From Candidatus Latescibacterota bacterium (lineage in GTDB: Bacteria; Latescibacterota; CBDCVA01): a DNA stretch of 64,000 bases. Shown here in pieces: positions 56,130 through 64,000 of the stretch. The position numbers and the translations under genes were made by a program. The notes under the pieces were generated by a model that did not search any database, had not been told where the DNA came from, and worked only from the letters and a program-made list of their open reading frames with translations. The stretch lies in contig CBDCVA010000002.1 in the NCBI GenBank assembly GCA_965222935.1, positions 1,035,442 through 1,099,441 on the forward strand. Direction: 5' to 3'. Every line of letters starts with the position of its first letter. Positions within the stretch are counted from its first letter, which is position 1.

Positions 56130-56834
56130 ATGACCCCAGACGGCAACCCTCTGATCGTGCTGATGCACACCTCCCTCGTCACGATGAAGAGCATCGTCGA
56201 GGACACCATCGGGGAGATGATCCCCGAGGCGGTCGTCAAGAACGTGATGGATGATACGCTTCTCATGGATGTCATGGCCCACCCGGAGGGGCCGACCCAT
56301 AACGTCAAGCGCCGCTGCGCCGAGTACGCCATGGCCGCTCAGGACGCGGGCGCCGACGTGATCTTCAACGTCTGTTCTTCGGTCAGGGAGGCGTACCACC
56401 TCGCCAAAGAGGTCGTGGACGTGCCGCTGCTCAACATCGACGAGCCGATGGCTGAGGCAGCCATTGGGCGCGGGACGAAGATCGGCATGGTCGCCACGGG
56501 CAGGAGCACGTTCGAGCCCACGACGCGCCTTCTCTACCGCAAGGCGGAGGCGGCGGGGGTGGAGATCACGGTCGAGCGGACGCTGCTTCAGGAGGCCTTC
56601 GACGCCCTGGTCGCGGGCGACGAGCAAAAGCACAACGACCTGCTGGTCGGCGAGATCACGCGCCTGGCGGGCATCTGCGACGTCGTCGTTCTGGCGCAGG
56701 GCTCGATGGCGCGCGTGGTGCCCTTGCTGCCACCCGAGGTGCAGCGGAAGACCATCACCAGCCCCCGGCTGTCGGTCGAGCGCGCCAGGGCGTTGCTCAA
56801 GGAGCGGCTGGCGGATGTGGCCGTAGCGGCGTGA
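56130..56834 (+). CDS. Asp/Glu/hydantoin racemase-like protein (family assignment tentative)
   Basis: Two-lobed alpha/beta pattern with ...IFNVCSSV... and ...VVVLAQGSMA... segments reminiscent of Asp/Glu racemase-superfamily enzymes. Confidence 0.4.
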   Translation: MTPDGNPLIVLMHTSLVTMKSIVEDTIGEMIPEAVVKNVMDDTLLMDVMAHPEGPTHNVKRRCAEYAMAAQDAGADVIFNVCSSVREAYHLAKEVVDVPLLNIDEPMAEAAIGRGTKIGMVATGRSTFEPTTRLLYRKAEAAGVEITVERTLLQEAFDALVAGDEQKHNDLLVGEITRLAGICDVVVLAQGSMARVVPLLPPEVQRKTITSPRLSVERARALLKERLADVAVAA

Positions 56835-56897
56835 GGCGGATCTCCACCCCAGGTGGAGTGCTCCGTGACCCACACCTGAACCACTGGAGGCAACAGC

Positions 56898-57998
56898 GTG
56901 TCCAAAGACCTTCTAGGCGTCGGCATCGTCGGCTGCGGCGGCATTGCGAATAACCATGCCAAGGGTGTGATCGATTCGGGCGAGGGGCGCCTCGCCGCGT
57001 TATGCGATACCTTGCCCGAGCGAACCTCCGACTACGCCGAGCGGTACGCGCCGGATGCGAAGCAGTACACCGATAGCCGCGAGTTGTGCGCCGATCCGAA
57101 CGTGGACGCCATCCTCGTCTGTACGCCGCACGGCTCGCACTGCCGCGTTCTAGCCGAAGCGGCCGAGGCGGGGGTGCACGGCATGTGCGAGAAGCCCATG
57201 TCGAATGATCTGCGCGAGTGCGATAAGGCCATCGAGGCGCACAAGAAAGCGGGCACCAAGCTCGGCGTCATCCACCAGCGACGCTACTACAACGCCAGCC
57301 AGCGCCTTCGCCGCGCCATCGATGAGGGCAGGCTGGGGAAGCCCATCCTGGGCGACATCGTCGTCAAGTGGTGGCGCGGACCCGACTACTACGCCCGCGA
57401 CTCCTGGCGCGGCAGGTGGGACACCGAAGGCGGCGGGGTTTTGGTCAACCAGACGCCCCATCAGCTCGACGCCCTCGGATGGTATATGGGGCCGGTCGAG
57501 TGGGTCCACGGGATGTGGTCGGCCAACAAGCCCTATATGGAGTGCGAGGACACCGCGGTCGCCACGGTGAAGTTCCGTTCCGGTGGACTGGGGATGATCC
57601 AGGTCTCCATCTCCCAAAACCCCAACCTCTTCGCCCGCGTCACCATTCACGGCGACAACGGCAAGTCGGCCAGCATCTACGAGCACGGGGAGGGCGCCGT
57701 CTTCACCAACGACATCTGGACCCTCCCCGGCGAGGAGGATCTGCCCCAGAAGTGGGCCGAGGAGGACTTCAAGACCGAGACCTTTCAGGGTAACCACGCC
57801 AAGCAGATCCGCGATTTCCTGGAGGCTATCAAGGAGGACCGCGAGCCGTACGTCGGAGGCGAAGAGGGGCGCAAGACCGTGGAGCTCATGGTCGCCATCC
57901 TGCTCTCGGGCAGGCTGGGCGAGACGGTCCACTTCCCCGTCGAGCCGATGAGCACCACGATGGCCGCCATCGACCGGGAGGCCACCAACTACGCGTGA
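56898..57998 (+). CDS. Gfo/Idh/MocA-family oxidoreductase
   Basis: GVGIVGCGGIANNH Rossmann start, CEKPM motif, ...WRGRWDTEGGGVLVNQ... shared with the next paralogue. Confidence 0.85.
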   Translation: MSKDLLGVGIVGCGGIANNHAKGVIDSGEGRLAALCDTLPERTSDYAERYAPDAKQYTDSRELCADPNVDAILVCTPHGSHCRVLAEAAEAGVHGMCEKPMSNDLRECDKAIEAHKKAGTKLGVIHQRRYYNASQRLRRAIDEGRLGKPILGDIVVKWWRGPDYYARDSWRGRWDTEGGGVLVNQTPHQLDALGWYMGPVEWVHGMWSANKPYMECEDTAVATVKFRSGGLGMIQVSISQNPNLFARVTIHGDNGKSASIYEHGEGAVFTNDIWTLPGEEDLPQKWAEEDFKTETFQGNHAKQIRDFLEAIKEDREPYVGGEEGRKTVELMVAILLSGRLGETVHFPVEPMSTTMAAIDREATNYA

Positions 57999-58041
57999 AT
58001 TCCCTTGGCGCCATGGACGATATCTGCCGCCGCGCTCAAGA

Positions 58042-59163
58042 ATGCCCGCACGGCCTCAGCGCCGGTGGCCGTGCGGGGGGGCCGAAGCTAACCTCTTGGA
58101 CCCCATAGGCGTCGGGATCGTCGGGGCGGGCCACATTGCGCCTCAGCACGCCGAGGCGCTCAGAGGTCTTGAGGAGGCCCGCTTGATCGCCGTCTGTGAC
58201 ATCGTCGAGGGGAAAGCCGAGACGCTCGCGGATCGCTTCGGTGCCCCCAAAGTCTACGATGACGTCGAGAAGCTCGTGCGTGATCCTGACATCGAGGCGA
58301 TCTGCGTCACCACCCCCCACAAGTGGCACGCACCGCCGGTCGTCGCCGCCGCCGGGGCGGGCGTCCACGCGCTCTCCGAGAAGCCCATGGCCGCCGACCT
58401 CGCCGACTGCGACCGGATGATCGAGGCGCACCGGAAGGCGGGCACTAAGCTCGGCGTCATCTTCCAGCGGCGCTGGTCCCCGGGGGCGCGCCGCATCCGC
58501 GACGCCATCGACGCCGGCAAGTTCGGCGAGCGGCTGGTCCTCGGCGACTGCGTCTTCAAGGGCTGGCGCGGACCCGATTACTACGCCTTAGACCTATGGC
58601 GCGGCAGGTGGGACACCGAAGGCGGGGGCGTTCTGCTCAACCAGTCGATCCACTCTATCGACTTGCTACAATGGTACATGGGCCCGGTGAACGCGCTGTG
58701 GGGCCAGTGGGGCAACATGAACCACCCTTACGTCGAAGTCGAGGACACGGCGTGCGCCGTCCTGCGCTTCAAGTCGGGGGCCTTGGGCGTCATCGAGAAC
58801 TCGGTGAGCCAGAACCCGCAGGTCTACGTCAAGGTGGCCGTCCACGGCTCCAACGGCGCCAGCGCCGACGTCGTCCTCGAAGGTCCCCACGCCGAGGAGG
58901 GCGCCAACGAAATCTGGACGATCCCTGGAGAAGAGGCACCGGGACGGGAGCCCGCGAAACCCATCGGCACCAGCCGGGCGGCAGTCGAGTACCACAGGGC
59001 TCAGATTCAGGACTTTCTCCAGGCCATCCGCGAGGATCGCCAGCCGGTCGTGAACGGCGAGGAAGGGCGCAAATCCATCGAGATCATCACGGCGATCTAC
59101 CGCTCTCAGGCCACCGGCGAGGTCGTCCGCTTCCCCGTGCCTACCGATGACTTCAGGGGGTGA
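58042..59163 (+). CDS. Gfo/Idh/MocA-family oxidoreductase (paralogue)
   Basis: GVGIVGAGHIAPQH, SEKPM, ...WRGRWDTEGGGVLLNQ...; true start is probably downstream of the ORF-track start. Confidence 0.85.
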   Translation: MPARPQRRWPCGGAEANLLDPIGVGIVGAGHIAPQHAEALRGLEEARLIAVCDIVEGKAETLADRFGAPKVYDDVEKLVRDPDIEAICVTTPHKWHAPPVVAAAGAGVHALSEKPMAADLADCDRMIEAHRKAGTKLGVIFQRRWSPGARRIRDAIDAGKFGERLVLGDCVFKGWRGPDYYALDLWRGRWDTEGGGVLLNQSIHSIDLLQWYMGPVNALWGQWGNMNHPYVEVEDTACAVLRFKSGALGVIENSVSQNPQVYVKVAVHGSNGASADVVLEGPHAEEGANEIWTIPGEEAPGREPAKPIGTSRAAVEYHRAQIQDFLQAIREDRQPVVNGEEGRKSIEIITAIYRSQATGEVVRFPVPTDDFRG

Positions 59164-59346
59164 GGTGCGGCACTTGCCTCGGAAGCCGAAAAGTGCGAAT
59201 CTAAAGGGTCTTGAAAAGGCACGCTGTGAGAAGGAGCGGCTCGCTCCCGGCCACAGCTATCAGTCCTATAGAACATAGCACTGTCAAGGGTCGTTTTTCA
59301 TGCACGCGACTGGCGCTCTAGAACGCTATACTCAGGGGGCAATCCG

Positions 59347-60381
59347 ATGAAAGCTGTCGTCAAATATGGCTACGGCCCTGGCAAGGTGGAACTCAGGGAC
59401 ACGCCGGAGCCCGAGGTCGGGCCGGGGCTGGTGAAGCTTCGCGTGAAGGCGGCGGGGATCTGCGGGAGCGATTTACACGCCTATCACGAGATGATCAAGT
59501 TCAACTTCAAGTACCCGGTGATCGTCGGCCACGAATTCGCCGGCGACGTGACCGAGGTTGGTGAGGGCGTCGAGGGCATCGAGGTCGGCGAGCGGGTGAC
59601 GAGCGAGACGACGGCCATCAACTGCGGCGTCTGCGAGTACTGCCGCACCGGCTACTACAATATGTGCCTGAGCCGGTCCGTCGTCGGCTACGACTGGGAT
59701 GGCGGGTTCACCAGCTACTGCGTCGTGCCCCAGAAGAACATCCACAAGCTCCCCGAGAACGTGGACTACATCGCCGGTGCGCTCACCGAGCCCTTGGCCT
59801 GCTGCATCCACGGCGTCACCGAGCAGACGGGCATCAACGCGGGCGATCTCGTCCTGATCGTCGGCCCCGGGCCGATTGGGCTTTTGACCCTTCAGGTCGC
59901 CCTAGCCGAGGGCGGGCAAATCGTCATCTGCGGGACAAGCCAGGATGCGGGGCGACTTAAGATCGCCGAGGATCTGGGCGCCGATTATGCCCTGAACGTC
60001 GAGGAGACCGACGTCGTCAAGTTTGTGGGGGACCTCACCGGCGGCTACGGGGCCGACATCGTCCTCGAATGCTCCGGCGCCGAGAAGGGCGCACAACTGG
60101 GCATCGAGGCCGCCCGCAAGCGCGGCAAGTACACGCAGATGGGCCTCTTCGGCAAGCCCATCACCCTTGATTTCGAGCGCATCGCTTACAAGGAGCTTCA
60201 AGTGACCGGCTTTCTCTCGCAGAAGCGGAGCGCCTGGCAGCGCGCGCTCAAGCTCGAAGCGCAGGGCAAGATCAGTCCCAGCAAAGTCGTCAGCCACCAG
60301 GTGCCGATAGACGAGTGGAAGCGCGGCTACGAAATGAGCGAGAACAAGGAAGCGCTCAAAGCGATCATCATCCCCGAATAG
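59347..60381 (+). CDS. zinc-dependent alcohol/polyol dehydrogenase (MDR superfamily)
   Basis: CGSDLHAYH, GHEFAG, CGVCEYCRTG, LIVGPGPIGLL; the 3' end is duplicated at 62045-62116. Confidence 0.85.
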   Translation: MKAVVKYGYGPGKVELRDTPEPEVGPGLVKLRVKAAGICGSDLHAYHEMIKFNFKYPVIVGHEFAGDVTEVGEGVEGIEVGERVTSETTAINCGVCEYCRTGYYNMCLSRSVVGYDWDGGFTSYCVVPQKNIHKLPENVDYIAGALTEPLACCIHGVTEQTGINAGDLVLIVGPGPIGLLTLQVALAEGGQIVICGTSQDAGRLKIAEDLGADYALNVEETDVVKFVGDLTGGYGADIVLECSGAEKGAQLGIEAARKRGKYTQMGLFGKPITLDFERIAYKELQVTGFLSQKRSAWQRALKLEAQGKISPSKVVSHQVPIDEWKRGYEMSENKEALKAIIIPE

Positions 60382-60384
60382 CCG
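60313..60384. repeat. left copy of a ~72-bp direct repeat (3' end of the ADH gene) flanking the methyltransferase insert
   Basis: gagtggaagcgcggctacgaaatgagcgagaacaaggaagcgctcaaagcgatcatcatccccgaatagcc recurs at 62045-62116 with one 1-nt indel and one substitution. Confidence 0.85.
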
Positions 60385-60391
60385 GATACGT

Positions 60392-61402
60392 ATGTGCCCA
60401 CGTTACTCTGAAGGAATTTCTCCTTCACAATTGCCGATCCCCACTGAGGCGTTTACGGCTAAACCGGGTGATAGCACCTTAAGGCGCGCGGCGTTCGACG
60501 CAAAAGCGGCCTCCGGCAAGCACGTCATATACAACGTTGACGCTTTCGCATGGCTATCCGAGCAGCCATCGAACTCGGTTCAAGCGGTTGTGACTGATCC
60601 GCCGTACGGCCTCCTTGAATATCGACCCGAGGAACTCGAGAAAATGAAGCATGGCCGGGGAGGCGTCTGGCGCATCCCGCCGAGCTTCGATGGCGCCAAG
60701 CGCAGGCCGCTGCCCAGGTTCACTGTGCTAAGAGACCAGGATAAGGCTGAGCTTGAGGCGTTTTTCAGGCGATTCTCAGAGGCACTTCTACCGGTTCTTG
60801 TGCCTGGAGCCCACGTTTTCGTTGCGACGAACCCGCTTGTCTCGTATCTGGTCTACGGGCCTTTCATTGAGAACGGATTCGAGCCGCGCGGTGAGATCAT
60901 CCGGGTTGTTCAACGGCTACGGGGAGGCGACAGGCCCAAAAACGCCCACAAGGAATTCGCTGGGGTAACGGTCCTACCGAAGTCTTGCTGGGAGCCTTGG
61001 GGATTGTTCCGCAAGCCGTGCGAGGGTCGTGTCCAGGACAACCTGCGTGAGTGGAAAACAGGAGGATTGCGGCGCATCTCGCCAGAGGAGCCTTTCAAGG
61101 ACCTGATAGAGTCGTCTCCGACCAGACGTACCGAGTTCTCGATAGCTCCGCACCCGTCCCTGAAACCACAGCGCTTCATGCGCAAACTCGTCAGGGCCGC
61201 TCTGCCTCTAGGTGAGGGGATCATCCTTGATCCCTTCATGGGGTCGGGTTCTACAATCGCGGCGGCGGCGGCTGAGGGGGTACAGAGCGTCGGCCTGGAG
61301 ATTAGCCCGGAGTACTTTCACCTGGCAGTTGAGGCCATACCGAAGCTGGCGGCGCTTGAAGTGTCGGAGCAGAACCGCAACGGCACGAACTCAGGACTTT
61401 AA
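60392..61402 (+). CDS. DNA methyltransferase, N6-adenine/N4-cytosine type (beta-class motif order)
   Basis: Catalytic DPPY (...AVVTDPPYGL...) precedes the SAM-binding FxGxG motif (ILDPFMGSGST); visibly lower G+C. Confidence 0.8.
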   Translation: MCPRYSEGISPSQLPIPTEAFTAKPGDSTLRRAAFDAKAASGKHVIYNVDAFAWLSEQPSNSVQAVVTDPPYGLLEYRPEELEKMKHGRGGVWRIPPSFDGAKRRPLPRFTVLRDQDKAELEAFFRRFSEALLPVLVPGAHVFVATNPLVSYLVYGPFIENGFEPRGEIIRVVQRLRGGDRPKNAHKEFAGVTVLPKSCWEPWGLFRKPCEGRVQDNLREWKTGGLRRISPEEPFKDLIESSPTRRTEFSIAPHPSLKPQRFMRKLVRAALPLGEGIILDPFMGSGSTIAAAAAEGVQSVGLEISPEYFHLAVEAIPKLAALEVSEQNRNGTNSGL

Positions 61403-61508
61403 CCCAAGTGTACCGCTGCCCCCTATACTTAGAATCCGGGCCATTCGTTCGTCGATCGAATACATCGAGCGCGAGTTGAACGAACTTGTCGACATATACT
61501 TTGAACAG

Positions 61509-62000
61509 ATGAATGTTTTTAGTGCCCTGGTGGGGATATTTGGGACTCGTGCCCTTGACCAACACAGCGTCTATGAGAAAGTCAGGCATACAGACATTGC
61601 CCAAACCCGATTTCCAGACCTCCGACGCAAGGGAAGTGGACTAAACCCACGGCCAAGTGAATGCCTGGAGTCCAAGGCGAGCAAGAGGCCCTGGCAACTT
61701 CAGTCGCACTACGACCACGAAGGATGGTACATTGTCTGGCGCTACCTGGTAGATGCAACGGCTTCAATTGAGTTGGAGAAGCACGTGATTGTATGGCGCG
61801 TCGATGTGGCCTACTTACGAGGTGAGGACTGGAAGTACGAAGGCAGCAGGGCTGGAATTGCCGGGGGCGGTCGCACGCATACCTTTGGCCTCAAGCAGCC
61901 AGCGAAGAGACTCCAGGGGTGTGCTGTCTATCGCCGCTCGGACATTGTGCTCTCTGGAGGCAAGCCCGTTCCGGCCAACAGCCACAACCATGCTCAGTGA
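61509..62000 (+). CDS. hypothetical protein; candidate cognate restriction endonuclease of the adjacent methyltransferase
   Basis: ORF directly downstream of the methyltransferase, same strand, same low-GC insert; weak PD-(D/E)xK-like segment YLVDATASIELEKH; start uncertain (TTG at 61476 or ATG at 61509). Confidence 0.3.
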   Translation: MNVFSALVGIFGTRALDQHSVYEKVRHTDIAQTRFPDLRRKGSGLNPRPSECLESKASKRPWQLQSHYDHEGWYIVWRYLVDATASIELEKHVIVWRVDVAYLRGEDWKYEGSRAGIAGGGRTHTFGLKQPAKRLQGCAVYRRSDIVLSGGKPVPANSHNHAQ

Positions 62001-62044
62001 CGCCGGGACCACGATATGTCTCAAAAGAAAAAGCGTGAGGGCAC

Positions 62045-62116
62045 GAGTTGGAAGCGCGGCTACGAGATGAGCGAGAACAAGGAAGCGCTCAAAGCGATCA
62101 TCATCCCCGAATAGCC
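62045..62116. repeat. right copy of the ~72-bp direct repeat (ADH 3'-end copy)
   Basis: gagttggaagcgcggctacgagatgagcgagaacaaggaagcgctcaaagcgatcatcatccccgaatagcc. Confidence 0.85.
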
Positions 62117-62139
62117 AAACCGGACGGGAGACAAAGAGC

Positions 62140-64000
62140 ATGAGCCTGGAGGCACGACTGGGGTGGGAGGCGACGCACGCCCGCCGCCTGATCATCGAGA
62201 TGACCACCAAAGCGGGTTCGGGGCATCCCACCAGCAGCATGTCGCAGACGGAAACCGGGATCGTTCTGTTCTACACACAGATGGTCCACGACATCGAGAA
62301 CCCTGATAACCCGAACGCCGATGTGTTCGTCTGGTCCAAGGGCCACGCCGCGCCGCTGCTGTACGCGCTGATGGCCAAGACGGGTTACATCCCCGAAGAA
62401 GAGTTGGGGACGCTGCGCCAGACGGGGAGCCGCCTCGAAGGCCACCCGACGATGAAGCTCCCCGGGATCGTGTACCCCACGGGCTCGCTGGGCCAGGGCC
62501 TCTCTGTCGCCGTGGGCCAGGCCATCGCCGATAGGCTGAACGGTCTCGACCGCCGTGTTTTCGCTCTATTGGGCGACGGCGAATGCGACGAGGGCGCCAT
62601 CTGGGAAGCCGCCATGAGCGCCCCGCATCACGCCCTCGACCGCCTTATCGTTGTCGTGGACCGTAACCGCATCCAGCAATCGGGCCGCGTGAACCAGATC
62701 ATGGGCACCGACCCGCTCGACCGGAAGTTCGAGGCCTTCGGCTGGCTGACTCAGGTTTGCAACGGCCACGACATCGGCCAACTTCTGCGCGCGTTCGAGT
62801 GGGCCGTCGGCAACATCGGCACGGGCCAGCCTTCGGTCATCGTCGCCGAGACGAAGAAGGGCAGGGGCTTCTCGAAATCCGAGGACGCTCTGGGCCGCCA
62901 CGGTAGGGCGCTGCCGCCCGAGGAGCGCGACGAGGCCCTCGAGAAAGATCTCGCCTTGGCCGACCCACCCCCTAGCGATCCCATCGAGCTCAAGCGCGCG
63001 AGGCCTGCGCCCTCGCAAGACGGCAGTCTCGGCTCTTTCGACATCCCGCCGCCCGCGTTCAAGGTGGGCGAGAAAGCCGCCGCGCGCGAAGGCTTCCGGG
63101 ATGGGCTTGTGAAGCTGGGGGCCGTCAACCCCAAGGTGCTCTGCGTGACCGCGGACATGTCCAACTCGACCTTCAGTGATGCCTTCATGGAGAAGTATCC
63201 CGAGCGCTCGATCGAGTTCGGCATTGCCGAGCAGAATATGATCGGCGCTGCGCAGGCGCTGGCGCGTAGCGGCTTCATCCCCGTGGTCAACAGTTTCTGC
63301 CGCTTCATGGTGGAGCGACCCGTGGACCAGATCGAAGTTACCGCATACAGCGGCGTCGCCTTCCCGCTGGTCGGCAGCCACCCGGGGCTCTCCTCCAGCG
63401 ATCAAGACGGCGTCACGCAGATGGGGCTGATGGACTGCGCCATCATGCGCTCGATCCACAACACGGTGGTCTGCAACGCTGCGGATGCCGTCGCGGGCGA
63501 GAAGCTCTTCATCGAGGTCGCCCGCTATCGAGGCGGGCTCGGCTACTTGCGCTGCTTCAAGAACCCGCAAGACGTTATCTATCCCGCCGAGACGGAGTTC
63601 CCCCTGGGTGGAGCACACGTCCTGCGGGAATCCGACGACGATGCCGTCACGGTAGCTGCGACGGGCTGGGTCGTGCACGAGGCGCTGGAAGCCTACGAGA
63701 CGCTAAAGGCCGAGGGGATCGCCATTCGTGTCATCGACGCCTACTCCCTCAAGCCTGTCGCGCGGGACGTGCTGCTCGAAGCCGCTGAGGCCACGGGTGG
63801 GCGGATCATCACCGTCGAGGACCACAACATCACGGGCGGCCTGGGTGACGCGGTGCTGGAGGCTATGGCGGAGACGGATGTTCGGATCACGAAGATGGGC
63901 GTCACGCGCTTTCCCGAGTCCGGCCTCACGAAGGATCTCCTGCGCAAGTTCGGCTGTGGCGCCGATAACGTCGTGCAGCAGGTCAAGGCGCTCTTCGGAG
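62140..64000 (+). CDS. transketolase-family protein, fused N-terminal (TPP-binding) and C-terminal (pyrimidine-binding) sections; 3' end runs off the window
   Basis: MSLEARLGWEATHARRLIIEMTTKAGSGHPTSS...LLGDGECDEGAIWEA... then ...FGIAEQNMIGAAQALARSGFIPVVNSFCRF... in one frame. GGGAG RBS 9 nt before the ATG at 62140; no stop before the window end, so absent from the ORF track. Confidence 0.8.
   Translation, partial: MSLEARLGWEATHARRLIIEMTTKAGSGHPTSSMSQTETGIVLFYTQMVHDIENPDNPNADVFVWSKGHAAPLLYALMAKTGYIPEEELGTLRQTGSRLEGHPTMKLPGIVYPTGSLGQGLSVAVGQAIADRLNGLDRRVFALLGDGECDEGAIWEAAMSAPHHALDRLIVVVDRNRIQQSGRVNQIMGTDPLDRKFEAFGWLTQVCNGHDIGQLLRAFEWAVGNIGTGQPSVIVAETKKGRGFSKSEDALGRHGRALPPEERDEALEKDLALADPPPSDPIELKRARPAPSQDGSLGSFDIPPPAFKVGEKAAAREGFRDGLVKLGAVNPKVLCVTADMSNSTFSDAFMEKYPERSIEFGIAEQNMIGAAQALARSGFIPVVNSFCRFMVERPVDQIEVTAYSGVAFPLVGSHPGLSSSDQDGVTQMGLMDCAIMRSIHNTVVCNAADAVAGEKLFIEVARYRGGLGYLRCFKNPQDVIYPAETEFPLGGAHVLRESDDDAVTVAATGWVVHEALEAYETLKAEGIAIRVIDAYSLKPVARDVLLEAAEATGGRIITVEDHNITGGLGDAVLEAMAETDVRITKMGVTRFPESGLTKDLLRKFGCGADNVVQQVKALFG

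Noticed and set aside
1-64000. tRNA, rRNA or other canonical RNA genes
   Set aside because: No stretch with recognisable tRNA cloverleaf features or rRNA-like conserved blocks was spotted by eye; intergenic regions are short or occupied by the repeats. A tRNAscan/Infernal run would be needed to exclude small RNAs.

Overview
High-GC bacterial chromosomal segment (about 65-70% G+C by eye, not computed; taxon not assignable from sequence alone). The left ~12 kb is housekeeping (serS, hemW, lepB, lepA) plus envelope and secreted proteins. The centre (13-39 kb and 55-60 kb) is a dense oxidoreductase/catabolic neighbourhood: four PhyH-type Fe(II)/2OG dioxygenases, IolD, several Zn-dependent alcohol dehydrogenases, three Gfo/Idh/MocA oxidoreductases, and single LLM monooxygenase, enolase-superfamily dehydratase, SDR, gluconolactonase, VOC, amidohydrolase and M24 peptidase genes. 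On top of this sit clear signs of accessory DNA. (1) A family of GC-rich structured repeats (8 loci) is coupled to a conserved ~75-bp motif lying immediately 5' of six unrelated genes; two longer copies of that motif carry the start of a small HTH ORF that resembles a phage terminase small subunit. (2) Short copies of neighbouring gene sequence sit at the junctions of these insertions. (3) An IS1595-family transposase remnant lies between two tandem, near-identical ~1.9 kb copies of a GHL10-like gene, next to a possible decayed integrase fragment. (4) Lower-GC inserts carry an ankyrin-repeat protein, a DUF262-DUF1524 (GmrSD/BrxU-like) type IV restriction enzyme, and a DNA methyltransferase plus candidate nuclease flanked by ~72-bp direct repeats of the 3' end of an alcohol dehydrogenase gene. 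No rRNA, tRNA or CRISPR array was recognised by eye. Start codons are approximate throughout, because the ORF track uses GTG/TTG as well as ATG starts. All family assignments rest on motif recognition, not on database searches.
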